Shown here one piece after another: positions 12,501 to 24,817 of a stretch of 64,000 nucleotides of DNA. This DNA comes from Trichoplax sp. H2 (Eukaryota). The notes below the pieces were generated by a model, which saw nothing but the letters and a program-made list of their open reading frames with translations, was not told the DNA's origin and did not search any database. Every line of letters begins with the position of its first letter. Position 1 is the stretch's first letter. The translations under genes were made by a program, and so were the position numbers. The stretch is from NCBI GenBank assembly GCA_003344405.1, contig NOWV01000105.1, positions 1 to 64,000 of the forward strand, given 5' to 3'.

Positions 12501-15500
12501 CATGCATTCGCTTAGTTTCTTCAGCATAATTATCAATTCTAGGATGGAAATCAAGTACTCCATTTATTGTCATTTTCATCGGCAAGCTATGCAATTAGAT
12601 CATTCTGTGTTTTACCTCTCTAAGGTTTCGTGATGAATTGTATTCATATGTTCATATTCCTTGAAAAGCAGAAGGGTAAAAAATATGTTTTGTTATTAGG
12701 TATGGCTAAATCATTCTTTTGCAATTATACTTGCATATTCTAAATTTTCAACATTATACATACAGCTTGTAGCTTTTCCAGAGCCCTTTGACGTTCTTCG
12801 GCGATTTTCATCGTGGTCTGATATTCTCTAAAAGAAATAAACCAAGTAATGCTTATATAGTATATAGATATCCTTTTAAAATATTTACTATAAAGCTTAA
12901 TGAAGGCTTCTGCATTGATTACTTTTCTAATTTCTTCTTCTCATTGGTATCCTGCTCTTCTTGTTGATCGTAACCATCTATTGCAGCTTTGGCAGATGTT
13001 AATTCATTCTGATATTTCTGATTATCCTAGATTCAAGCACAGAGTTTTAAAATATTTGAAGCAACTTAAAGTTAATCGTGAATGCTAAAAGAAGGTAAGT
13101 AACAGTAATATGGAAAGCATTGCACGATAATATACCCACCGATTTCATTGTATTTATACGATTGACAGTGGTCTTATTTAAGCTCTTCATTTCGTTACGG
13201 CTAGCCTTTAGCTCGTGGATAAGATCTTCTTTAATTCTAAGTATAAACGTGAAGAATGTATTTGATTTGATTAGGCTTTAAGCACTATACTTCTATCATG
13301 GAAAATAATTGTTATTTTAAAATACATCGATACCTTATACTGGTAGAGAGAGACCGAATTTGATGTTGATAATCCGTTAAACGAGCCTGTGATTCTTTAA
13401 GATTAATTTTTACTGAATCTGTATTGAATTGTAATTGATTAACGCTTTTTCGAAGGGTCTTTTCTAGCGAATCTTCAACGATGTATTCATCATCTATAAA
13501 ATAAAGCCATGATCGAATATTATACATTTCTCACATATGAAGTTGGTGCAATGATGAAATAATCGTCTAAAAACGAGTCCGGTACTAATTTGATCGCTAA
13601 TATTACGATGAAATAGGCTAGGTTAGGTTAACAAGGTAATAAAATTTTGATATTTCATGAAAAATAATATACAATATTCTATAAGTACAAACTCTTCTCA
13701 ATTTATGCTGAATTTTAGTATAATATTGCATAAAGTTTCAGTCTTGGAATCATTTTAAAACTAATTTCAGTTAGCTCAAACTACAACAGTTATCCTTGCT
13801 TTAAGAGATATCCAATGCATGGTTGCAAAGAAGTATTTAAAATTCGCTAGGTAAATTAGAGTCATTAAAATGTTCTGGCTACCTCGAACTTTTTACATAT
13901 TCTATGCAATATGAAATAAAAGTCAAGCAATAAATCGTTCAATCTCTATTGAAATAGAATTAATGGAAAATAGTATGAAATTAGTAGAATATAACCTATG
14001 CTTCTATCTTTCTCTGTAATAAATGGTGGAGCGGAATTAGAAGGTGGAATATCCACGTTAGCTTTTGATTTTGGTACCATTTCTGATTCTTTTTGAGCTA
14101 TAATCCTATTATTTTGCATGTAAAGATGGTTAGCCTTGAATAAAATGAGCTATCGTATATCTATAGATGGATAACATTTTAGCGGATCAATTTACCTATA
14201 CAGATAGCGATCTTTTTGCTGAATTTTTTCAAGTTCTTCATCATCGATATGATTAGGTCTTAAAACCTGCCAAAAGTCGACAAATATCCAAATTATAATC
14301 ATTTTTTGATGTATGTTGAAAAAATTTACTCATCTACCTCGTCTTCATCCTCAATTCTGGATTCAAGTATCCGACTACGCGCTCGAAATGTTTGTAACAT
14401 TTTATCGCCTGACAACTATGTGATAAAATAAATTAAATTATATTAGTACGCCGATCGACTTTAGACAGACATGAAGGTTATCAATAGCAATAATTCTTCA
14501 TTCTTTTATCCTAACCACTGCTGGACTACTATGCAAATTTCTTGTCGTTGAGCTACCAGAGCGAAATTTTCCCTGTGATATTGAATGAAATTTGTGTTAG
14601 ATATAATCACGTCGATAACGAGTAGGAGTCAGTAGAGGATTCGAAACTCCAATTCTAGCTACGGTACAAGCTACGCAGAAACATAGTAGACTTTGGCTAA
14701 GATAGAACAAAATCTTGTTTAGATTTACCTTTGCGGGTAAAGGTTTAATATCATCATTGCATGGCATCGAGCTTGATCGAAGTTGCTTGGGTAGATGGTG
14801 ATATTGAACATTTTTATCTTGGTCATTTTCCATTATTTCTACATTTGTGAATACCGAAGAATCTTCCGGATTTTCATCAATTAATTTCAATTGTAGTTCT
14901 AAAAGGCGTTGCTCTAAATTCTCATTCTGCCTGTGAGAATGCTCTAGCGCTTCTTTATATTGTCTGTTTTCCGTTTGCTATTCCCAATTTTTCCATATGT
15001 TATTACGAAATCAACATCGTTATTCATTATAGCTCCATATCGTTGCTTAAAAAATTTATTAAAATATTAATGGCATTACCAGTGATTCTAAGCGATTGTT
15101 GGCTTGATCGACTTCTTTAATTTTTTCAGCAAAGATTTCTTCATCGCTTGCTAAATCGGCACGTAACTAGGTAGCGAAAAAATTTATTAAAATTGGACAA
15201 TTAGTTTTTGAGTTAAATTCATCTTCGACGGGAAAAATGGTTATAAGATCATCATTGCATATACCTTGATAAGCTCTTCACGTAGTTGTTGAATGATATC
15301 ATTTTGACTTTCTCTATAAAATAGAATCAATGCAGTCGATTCAATAAATGATTAGCAAAATTGTATTCATTTCAAGTAGTTTAAGTGTTCTATCTTGATG
15401 GAATTTCATTGAATCTTACGCTAGGTCATATAGATGAACTAGTTGCGAATTATGAGTAGCCAATGTAGTCATACTTTGTAGATAAGTTTTCATAAGAAAA

Positions 15501-18500
15501 AATGAAATTTTTCTTGAGACTAGTTGCTTTTTGTGCTTGTAATTTTCCTATGTTACTTAAGCTATTTACTATACTCTCGAAGTAATTTTAGCAATTTTTA
15601 GTGCAAACTATCGGAAATAGGCAATTAGCAAGTTTGCTACCGGGCAAAGAGGACAAAATTTGTTCATTAATTATTGTTATAATCGTAAAAGGTTAGTAAG
15701 AGTACACGAGAATAATTGGCTAACTGAATTAGCTTCTATTATACTTTTTTGCGGTAGCAATTGAGCAGAAACACCGGTATCGCAGAAATTATACTATTTA
15801 TACGATAATGTTGATATGAGCTACTATTTATGTAATAGATGATTTAGTAGTGCACCGAGATTCCGAAGTAGCAGTTATAAATTAGGTTACAAGAGATCAC
15901 TTGATATAAAACTTAATTATACTATGTAATTTTGAGCTATGGGTGTGAATATAATAGAATAAATAGGGATTAATAGGTTTAAACGCCATTATTAATGCTG
16001 ACCTTACTGGAAGAAAGCCACTAATTCTGACCTTTTCCTCCTTTGGTATTAAAAGTGTTTTGGAATCAGTTAGAAAGTTGTTGATAGGTGAAATTATAAC
16101 ATATAATGATTACAGCTTATTTTGAAGAAGCGCTAATGGTATTTATGTCACGTTACTATCGTTATGTGCATTGGCATACCCGTTTAATTAGGTCTAACCA
16201 GCTGTTCATTTTTGTTTGGGATAACATATCGGAAGATGGTTCATTCTAGAAAGAGATAAATTCAATAACTAATTTTATTCGTTGAAATCAATATGACGGT
16301 TTCATTTAGATAAATAGCATAAATTGCGGTAAATGAGCATTATGGCCAGGTCGATAATTTAATTTCTATTCCAAATCTGATCAAGATTACTTAGCCAACG
16401 CGATAGTTTACGGCTTACTCAGATATGATATGTGAGATTGTAAAATATGGTATATGTTAATTTTAAATGATTACTTCTTTACAATTAGTTTCTTAATCGT
16501 CATGAATGAGTATGGAATAACATTTACATACTTCTTCCAAGTCAGAAAATATATTTTTAGCTTCTTTGATGCACTCATAGTAAAAGATACAATCGTTTCT
16601 GTACCTAGAAGAGACATAAATAGCTTAAATAAGTCTTAGGGTATTAAATCAAGTATCAAACTATAGCGGTTATTAAGTATATCTAGTGATAATCGCGCAT
16701 AGTAGCGTAATACACGACCATAAAAATATGGATAACTATAATTATTTCGTCAAAAATGTATCGAAGAACGTCAAAAGTGTAGGAAAGCACAGTTCTTTAG
16801 AAAGATTTACTTATCCAGTTGTGTTTCTAGAGTTTGTATTTTCTTCCCATCTTCTTCCGTCAGTTCCTATTAAAACACCCAGTATAGAATTAGTCTAGAT
16901 TTCAATATCTGTACAAAAATCATGGTAAAGGCAGCTAAGATGTCTCATATGATATCGTAGTGGTACGGTAGTCGCGATAGCTATTAATATTACACAAGGC
17001 TTGACTTACTTCTGTTTCTCCTTCAAGGTGTTTTCGCTTTTCTAATTCATCACGTAGTGACTTAGAGGTTAATCAATAAATGAACTAATTATTTTGTAGT
17101 CGCTATAATGCCATGGTATTAAGTTATTTATCAAGAACTTATTTTAAGACGATAATGTTCAAGGATATACCTGTATTTCGGATTGCATTTCAGCTATTTT
17201 TAGGGATCGTGGATCGATGTTGACAATTGGTTTGTTTTTAATATTGCGAGCCTTGGACATTTTTGAAATAATCTTAGAGATTAACTACATACTTGGCGCT
17301 CAACTGATTTTATATTTTTACCCTGTTTGCGTAATTTAGTGCGTTTAAGCTTTCAGCGAAGTTACTTGAGGCCGGACTGAGACAAGTTAGCATTAACGTT
17401 CGAGAATTACCACCCAGAGAATCCTGTAAATAATATTCATATGTTAATAAATAATATGCCAGATATTAATATTATTCAATAAAGAATGTTATTGGTCGAA
17501 AAGCTTACTTTCAGCAATCGTGTTAGTTTAGAATCTCGATAAGGAACATGGGCATACTATAAGTATAGCAGATTATATAATAATTATATCTCCTTAAAGC
17601 GATTTGTCGTATAACTTTAAAATTATCAAACCTTTTTCTTCGAATCGCCTAAAGCACTGATTACATTACCAAGAGCAAGTAATCCAGAATTGATATGAAC
17701 AGATTCTAGTATTATAATAAGGAAACGCATAGGTTATGAGTCAATGACTTAATTTATTTTTTCTCTACTTAATATGGATATCGTAAGTAAAGATGCATAC
17801 CTTTAAATCGAAGACCTGCAGTACCGGCTTTATGGGAACGCTCTGAACCAGCTAAGTCAACGAAATGAAATTTCGAACACATGAAATGCGGTTCGTTTCT
17901 GTCTTCTGCTATTAGATAAAAGATGAGAAAGATTATAAATTTCTTTATTTATCTGTTCTAAACAGGCTAGTTGATGTTTTGTAGCTAGATAATGGTATAT
18001 ATATATATATATATATGTTAAACTGTAGAATCAAGCTATTATTAATGCTGTAGATGGAATACCTTGAATATCTCCATCACTTTCATTTTGATGAGATAAT
18101 AAGATTTTAGATCGATAATTTAATTTCCTAACTCCGTTCCATCGTTGTTCTAGTTTTTAAAAAATGGCATAAATCAAGAAATATTAAGCCTTAAATTGAA
18201 TCTTCTGGCTATTTAAAGTTGATATATGATGGCTTTATAAGCAGTTCTACCGATAGTAACTGTGAAAATGCTATGAGATCGGCTAGACTGTTCATTCATA
18301 GCGGTAGCACCGGTGTGACGGGCTAGGGAACCGACGTCTAAATAATGTAAAGCTTCTTCAGCTGAGTCAACATTTTCTTCTCTTGCTCCAGTGACAACTG
18401 TAAAATAGAGATATTCTCGAGGATTAAATTAGATTGTAAAGATTGCTTGAACTATTTAAATATGATTCTTTAAGCAAATAGCTCTTTCCTAGCAACTAAG

Positions 18501-20077
18501 GTGATGAAGTTATTAATTTAGCTGTTTGTAGAAATACCTGTATTTCCATGGCTGTCATCACGAATATGCATCTCCTTTCCCACCGAATCGACATCAAGAA
18601 GGTCATGCATTTCTTCTCGATAGATTTCGATATAGGAGACTTTCATCTCGATATCGATAGAATTTGCCTGATGTTGCACACACGAATAATTTAGAAAAGT
18701 AATTTAAATGGAATGGAGCGTAATATAGCTGTATACTTCAGTTAAGTACCTGAATTACTTCGAAGATTCTTTTAATTGCCCTGGAAATAATCCCCGCTTC
18801 TTCTTCTGATGTGCCAGCTGTATTCGCTCCACCAATTGTATAAGTTTTACCAGAACCCTATCATATCGGTATACAGTACCCATTATGTGTATCATTTAAC
18901 GTTGATACTAAAATTAGTGATTGTGCATATAATAATTATAAAATGAACTATATATTGTTCAATTTCGTAAAAAAAATAACTCACAGTTTGTCCATATGCA
19001 AAGATGGTTACATTATAGCCTTCAAAGCAGTTTTGTAGCAATGGCTCAACACAGTTTTCAAAGAGCTCAGTCTGGGTAGTGCTTTGTGAAAAGGCATAAT
19101 CGAATGTAAATGATTTGTTTTTTCCGATGACCACTTGAGGCTGATTTGGAATAGACCAAATACATTCATCGTAACCTTGCAATTTTTCCTGTGGCAGTAA
19201 TGGTCTGACCTGGTAATATTTATAGGAATAAATATTAGTAAATGTATGGAAATATACAGCAGAACGGCATTTCTTTGTGTTCAAGCTAGCAAAGTTAAAA
19301 CTAATTATTTACTGATAAGTTAAACTTGTAGTGCTTTCTATGCTATTGTATATTTCTGCCAAAACCATACTTGTATACGCTGAGGCAGAAAAAGCTTTTA
19401 AAGTATAATTTGAAGGTATTTAGTAAAGGAAGCGATTTTCATAACAGAACGTGTTCTTGCAGTTATGGTTTCACCACATCATTTGCAATCTTAGTCATAT
19501 CTCTTAAAAATCGTATGTGGTGATGTTTGGCGATTTTTTTATCGTTTAAAAATAAATACTCGTATTGCAGAATGTGTTCATACAGTTATAATGTCATTAT
19601 ATAACATGCAACCATGGTTATATCTTTCAAAATCGTATATTACGGTTTTGGCAATTTCTTCTTTTAAAAGTAAATACTCGCACTACGACCAATGCTTGTA
19701 GTCTTTATTTTAAAGAGTTATTATTACAAGGGTCAAATAGAGGTTTAAGACAATTATCACGATAGTGATAGTTTCAATTAAAGTAATCATGTTAAACTGT
19801 TTACGAAATGTTGTTATTAAAATGGATAGGTTATATCACGTTCTATGGCAAGGATGTGAAAGACAATTGTTGCCAGTAGTTTATTGCGATATTCTGCGGC
19901 AGTTAGAAGATATTACTATTGCAGTAATGGTTAGATATTTGAATGAATTTACTTTGCGATTAGAAGAGTCATTTTGAACAGGTGCAAGATTATCATAATC
20001 ATATAAATGATATTATTCTACCGTATATTTTGAATACTTACTCTGACAGCTACTCGAACCGGGACTTCTGTCGACAT
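9561..20077 (-). CDS. Kinesin-4 family motor, KIF7/KIF27 (Costal2-related) type; many short exons
   Basis: First exon 20077-20042 gives [12 protein letters not shown], then |VRPLL...KSFTFDYAF. The P-loop AYGQT|GSGKTYT is split by an intron (~18985/18858). Switch [15 protein letters not shown] (~18270-18310), switch [11 protein letters not shown] (~17840-17865) and [23 protein letters not shown] follow. Coiled-coil exons include [16 protein letters not shown] and [15 protein letters not shown]. The tail [14 protein letters not shown]...KISKNPWD* (stop 9563-9561) resembles KIF7/KIF27 C-termini. Not every internal exon boundary was resolved. Confidence 0.88.
17996..18016. repeat. (TA)n microsatellite in a kinesin intron
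   Basis: Run of about 10 TA units. Confidence 0.8.
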
Positions 20078-20552
20078 ATTTACTCTTATTGGAAGCTATT
20101 TTACCGTAGCTAGAGTTCTAGAGTAACAGACACTTCTTGCTGATCACCAATAAAAAGTTAAGCTATCCTTTGCTGACATTATTCCTCCCCATTAATTTCT
20201 ATAAGCAAGAGAGACACACTAGAGAAAACTCAGGCAGTTTTTTTGGAACAAACAACATCATGTTTTATGACTGTATAGTACATTACAATTGTGTCGTTTT
20301 GTTTATTTCTATTTCTGCGAAACAAAAAAGGGTTTTCCTATTTTGTTGTACGTTTATGGTACCAGTCCAACTGCNNNNNNNNNNNNNNNNNNNNCAGCTA
20401 CTCGAACCGGGACTTCTGTCGACATATTTACTCTTATTGGAAGCTATTTTACCGTAGCTGGAGTTCTAGAGTAACAGACACTTCTTGCTGATCACCAATA
20501 AAAAGTTAAGCTATCCTTTGCTGACATTATTCCTCTCCATTAATTTCTATAA
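20047..20552. repeat. Near-identical duplication flanking the assembly gap (20047-20204 versus 20395-20552), including kinesin exon 1
   Basis: Both copies begin cagctactcgaaccgggacttctgtcgacat and end ttaatttctataa. Two substitutions are visible (gctAgag/gctGgag; ctcCcca/ctcTcca). Confidence 0.9.
20375..20394. other. Assembly gap (20 N)
   Basis: Run of n characters. Confidence 0.99.
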
Positions 20553-21037
20553 TTGGTATGTCTATATTGCGCAAAAGATGATCTCTATATACAGCATAGT
20601 GTAGCGTAGACGGTTATATAGACGCTTGCAATAGCTGGAAAGCCTTAGAAGCTGTACTGTAACCTTAACAACCGACGGTTCCGTTCTCTCTGGATCAAGG
20701 TTAATGTGCGCACGCGTTATCGGTTGCACTTTTCCAAAAGGTCTTCAGACATCCGGACGTAACCCACAAGCCACCATCATCACGAACCAAGCTATCACCT
20801 TGTTGCAGTTCCTACTAGATCGGTTGGTGAGAGAGATTTAGACATTTCTTGGAATAGAAGTGTGATTTAAAGGCATTCAGTGGTAAATTTGAATTTTATA
20901 CGATTACATGATTTAGAAGGTAGTACTAACTATACCTTATTCATCGATGATCCTTGTCAGAAGTCATTGTTGGACAATTCTGTCCGATGGAATCTTCTTG
21001 TATTAATATCCTATAATTAATGAATTTAGTTTTAAGG

Positions 21038-21256
21038 ATGGATAGCCAGTATGCCATCAATGGACGATTAGTGGAAATTATAGATGATGAATGGAAAAAG
21101 GATAGTTTACCTGTGGAGCACGTACCTATACCGCTCAATCAATTACCGAATGATGAAGGTGAAAATGAATTTTTGAATACATGTTCGCTATCAACAGGCA
21201 CAGATGAAGAGAAGAAATGGACAGATTCCAATGTATTGTTAGAAAAGTTGCGTTAA
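21038..21256 (+). CDS. ANAPC13: Anaphase-promoting complex subunit 13-like protein, 72 aa, single coding exon
   Basis: MDSQYAINGRLVEIIDDEWKKDSLPVEHVPIPLNQLP...EEKKWTD matches the Apc13 pattern as I recall it (MDS..GR..D.IDD.W..D.LP.E.V.IP..ELP...E.KWTD). The second ATG of ORF 21020-21256 is used. Confidence 0.85.
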   Translation: MDSQYAINGRLVEIIDDEWKKDSLPVEHVPIPLNQLPNDEGENEFLNTCSLSTGTDEEKKWTDSNVLLEKLR

Positions 21257-23093
21257 TTAATATCGTTATGATTGGATATTTATCTTAACCGCAAGTGTTG
21301 ATATACGAGGTATCATATGATCTCTCTGTTTCTATACTTTTATGTGGTCATGAGCGAATGCCATAATGTATTCGTTGCTTGTTGTCAGTGGTTGTGTAGA
21401 CGATAGCTTTACGATATGCTTAGGTTACAAGCCGTTAATTTAAATCGAACCACTGTATCTAGCAAAGTAGTCATGCATCCAGAGATGTCTATTTTACAGT
21501 TGATGCTTGTACAGTACCTCATATTAGTTTTCAGCAACTTTTTAAATTGGGTAGAATACACTTAGTACAATATTAGGGCTCATCATTTACGAACATAAAA
21601 TGATATCCTGTGTACGTCTCTTGCATCAATTGGCTTATCTCTTGTGATATAGATCTGTAAATAACTAATTTATAGATTGTGCCCCGTCTGCTCTAGCGGT
21701 AAATCTCCCGGAGTTTATACGGTACTGTCGCGGATATTACCTCAAATTATGTTAAAGTTCGAATAGAATGAATGTCATCGGATGTAAATAGATTTAACTT
21801 GTATTTTCTTTATAATACCTATGTTATAAAATTGAATTTCGTTGCAAGGATGCTGTTTCTTAAATACTGAGTCAATGAATATGCTTGATACAAGGGGCTT
21901 TATTTATCGATATCTAAGGTATATCTATAATCTTTGTAAGTTCTTAATTGTTATTGCCATTAAATATCTTTCTTTGCTGACTATGGATAAAAGTGGAATC
22001 TCGTAAAATCGCAATGTTGCATTGTAAGGTTATAGTGATAGTTCGTGTACAGTAATGTGTAAGTTTTAGAACGTGATTACCAGCTGGTCGATCGGAATGG
22101 GGTATTACTAAGTCTTGTTTTATGGTTGTAGTGTGCCTTGTCATTATTTTAGTAATGATTAAATCAACTACTGGGTGAAATTCGGATTGCCTGTTATAGC
22201 TACAGATGTATCTATACACTAAACAGTGTACAGCCATGTCGTGCATTTAACTAAATATTAAGACAGTACACCGGTGTACAGATAACTATTATTACAAATG
22301 CAATTTTTTGGCAGTGGTATGCAGGTACGAGCAGTCGTCATACTCTATCGCCTTGGATACTGGAAAAGTTAACGACCAGTAGACTTCAATGACTTGATTG
22401 AAAGTGTCTAGGATGGAATGGTTTGGAATAATTCTAGAAATAACTCCAGCATTTTGTTTTGCAGAGAAACTACTTCAGTTGCAGCCTTCACAAGTATTAC
22501 CCCCAAAATATATCGTATGGCGTACTTATTGATCAAAGGCAGGGCTAGAAGGAGTCATTTTAAGGGAATCCTGTAGGCTTTACGGGTCCCTTGCTAGGAA
22601 ATTCTAGACTCTTTACTCAGAGTGCATTACAGTATAATACAGGCCAGGCAGCGTTGCAGTGGAGTCGATGTGATATCGTATCCATATCCATTTCGCCGTT
22701 TTGTATTCTCCATCTTGGCACTTCCTCCGGAATTTAAAGTAATGGTAAAGAGTCTATGGTGTGAATGTACCTAGCATTACTATAATCAGTAATGTCCTTG
22801 CAGCAGAGACACGGAATCGGCCATGGAGATATTGTAAAAATGGCTTCAATACCAAATACTTGTCTATGGGATTTTTTTCTTAGTCTCTGAAATAACTATA
22901 CCGCTATCCTAGTATGGCTAAACATAATGTTTGTCTTTATCTATCGATGACATTCGCCACTGCAAAGAGAACGCAAATGATTACTCGAAGGCAAGATCCA
23001 AGAAGAAGCGTGCACTATGCCAAAGGTCTGCGTTCATTACACCTTGACTGCTAATGTATAGTTGTCTATGCATTCTAGTCATCACAGATCCCC

Positions 23094-23266
23094 TAAGCAA
23101 GAGAGACACACTAGAGAAAACTCAGGCAGTTTTTTTGGAACAAACAACATCATGTTTTATGACTGTATAGTACATTACAATTGTGTCGTTTTGTTTATTT
23201 CTATTTCTGCGAAACAAAAAAGGGTTTTCCTATTTTGTTGTACGTTTATGGTACCAGTCCAACTGC
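23094..23266. repeat. Second copy of the sequence at 20202-20374
   Basis: taagcaagagagacacactagagaaaactc...accagtccaactgc appears identical at both places; the ORF translations are also identical. Confidence 0.92.
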
Positions 23267-23782
23267 TGTACACTAACTGATCTACATAGTACCATATTTA
23301 TAGAATGGCCGATACTCTTGTTAAACTTGTTTTCACAGCGCAATTCGAGAATGGATCGTTGCATACTAGAAACCAGAAGAGGCTCTGTTTGAATGCGAAC
23401 TGTTGTTATATCGTTCGACAAGGGTAATAATAATGCAATATTGAAATAGTTCATGGCTGTATTGTCATAACGTTAGACTAAGAATTCAATATAGAAATAA
23501 TATAATCCATTACTATATTATAATGACCATGACTGAGAATTCAATACTGGAATAATTCACTACAGGACACCATGGTCATGATACTAGCCAATTTTCAGGG
23601 TTGCCAACAATACTATTGTGCTTAACAGTGTACTGCATTTGAAATTTTAAAGGAGCAAAAACTATGGAGTCCAATGCAGGACAGTAGTGGTTAAGTTGTT
23701 GACTCTCTCCAATGAACTTGTCTTCTCCACATTACTCATAGTCACAAGTGTCCTACCCAAGCATTTGGTAGTCATTTGCATA

Positions 23783-24262
23783 GGCTAAGGCTCGCTCTTG
23801 CGTTCTTTTTTAGACCTTGATAGCATTTTTGAACACGATATTTACAGTAAACGCCTGATCTGAACAATATTGATATCGTGATGCACCCATCCTAGCTATG
23901 CATACCAATCAAATATAGCTATGCACACCAATCAAATATGGGTGTATTACTGGGCTAAGGCTCGCTCTTGCGCTCTTTTTTTGAACACGATATTTACAGT
24001 AAACGCTTGATCTGAACAATATTGATATCATGATGCACCCATCATTGCATAGCTACTATGAATACCAATCAAATATAGCTATGAACACCAATCAAGTATG
24101 GGTGTATTACTAGGCTAAGGCTCGCTCTTGCGCTCTTTTTTTGAACTCGATATTTATAGTAAACGCCTGATCTGAACAATATTGATATCGTGATGCACTC
24201 ATCATAGCTATGAACATCAATCAAATATAGCTATCCTTATAATCCAATATAGGTGTATTACT
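23783..24262. repeat. Tandem repeat, three imperfect ~150-170-nt units
   Basis: ggctaaggctcgctcttgcg...tttttgaacacgatatttacagtaaacgcctgatctgaacaatattgatatcgtgatgcaccc...ggtgtattact starts at 23783, 23953 and 24113. Each unit has internal agctatg(c/a)a(t/c)accaatcaaatat sub-repeats. Confidence 0.9.
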
Positions 24263-24499
24263 ACCATTTCTGACTGGACTACCCTGCTAAAAAGAAATAG
24301 CAATCGAGTTTCTTCCTCCGCCATTGATTCAATCCGCTAGGACTGGTTTGAGAAATGACAAGTCTGTGCGCGGTAGTCATGACTCTACCCCCCCTTCCCA
24401 GGTAGTGAAGCGCTATTGAGTATTGACTCAGCGTATTGTACGTTGTGCGTCAGTTGTGACAGACAACTTGTGATTAGAGTACGGTTGACAGCTCGGTTC

Positions 24500-24585
24500 T
24501 GCGTAATGATTGGTGAAACCCTCCTGATAACTGGTACAGGTCACCTTGATTGGCTCACGTCATGCCGCCCCCGCCTCCCTCTAGT
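24500..24585 (+). promoter_or_regulatory. Putative proximal promoter of the G-gamma gene (inverted CCAAT boxes, CRE-like site, GC boxes)
   Basis: Locally GC-rich patch ~250 nt upstream of the ATG: ATTGG at ~24510 and 24549, TCACGTCA at 24555-24562, CCGCCCCCGCC from 24565. Confidence 0.5.
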
Positions 24586-24817
24586 AAAGTCACTCGCACC
24601 TTTGTACTGAATCTTCTTCATTAACCGTGAGAGAACATCTCAAAGTGGGGGAAAAAAAAAAGGCTGAAAAAAATCTTCTTGACTGCTTGAAGATTTTGAG
24701 GTGGAAAAATTCAACTCCAATCCTGCTAGTCTACAACGCTAAGTGGATTTAAGATCGATCGATCCATTCTTGCTGTTTAATTTTGTATCGAATTGATCGT
24801 TGACTTGATAAAACGCC

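Noticed and set aside
17161-17171. Kinesin donor GTATATCCTT resembling a U12-type 5' splice site
   Set aside because: It does not match the strict GTATCCTT consensus, and I identified no U12 branch point.
20553-23093. Possible PIF/Harbinger-like transposon because of the flanking TAA
   Set aside because: There are no terminal inverted repeats and no transposase, and the segment contains a conserved housekeeping gene. TAA is better read as breakpoint microhomology.
23783-24262. CRISPR-like appearance of the repeated units (also 11-273 and 740-891)
   Set aside because: The units are long imperfect duplications without unique spacers, there are no cas genes, and the context is eukaryotic.
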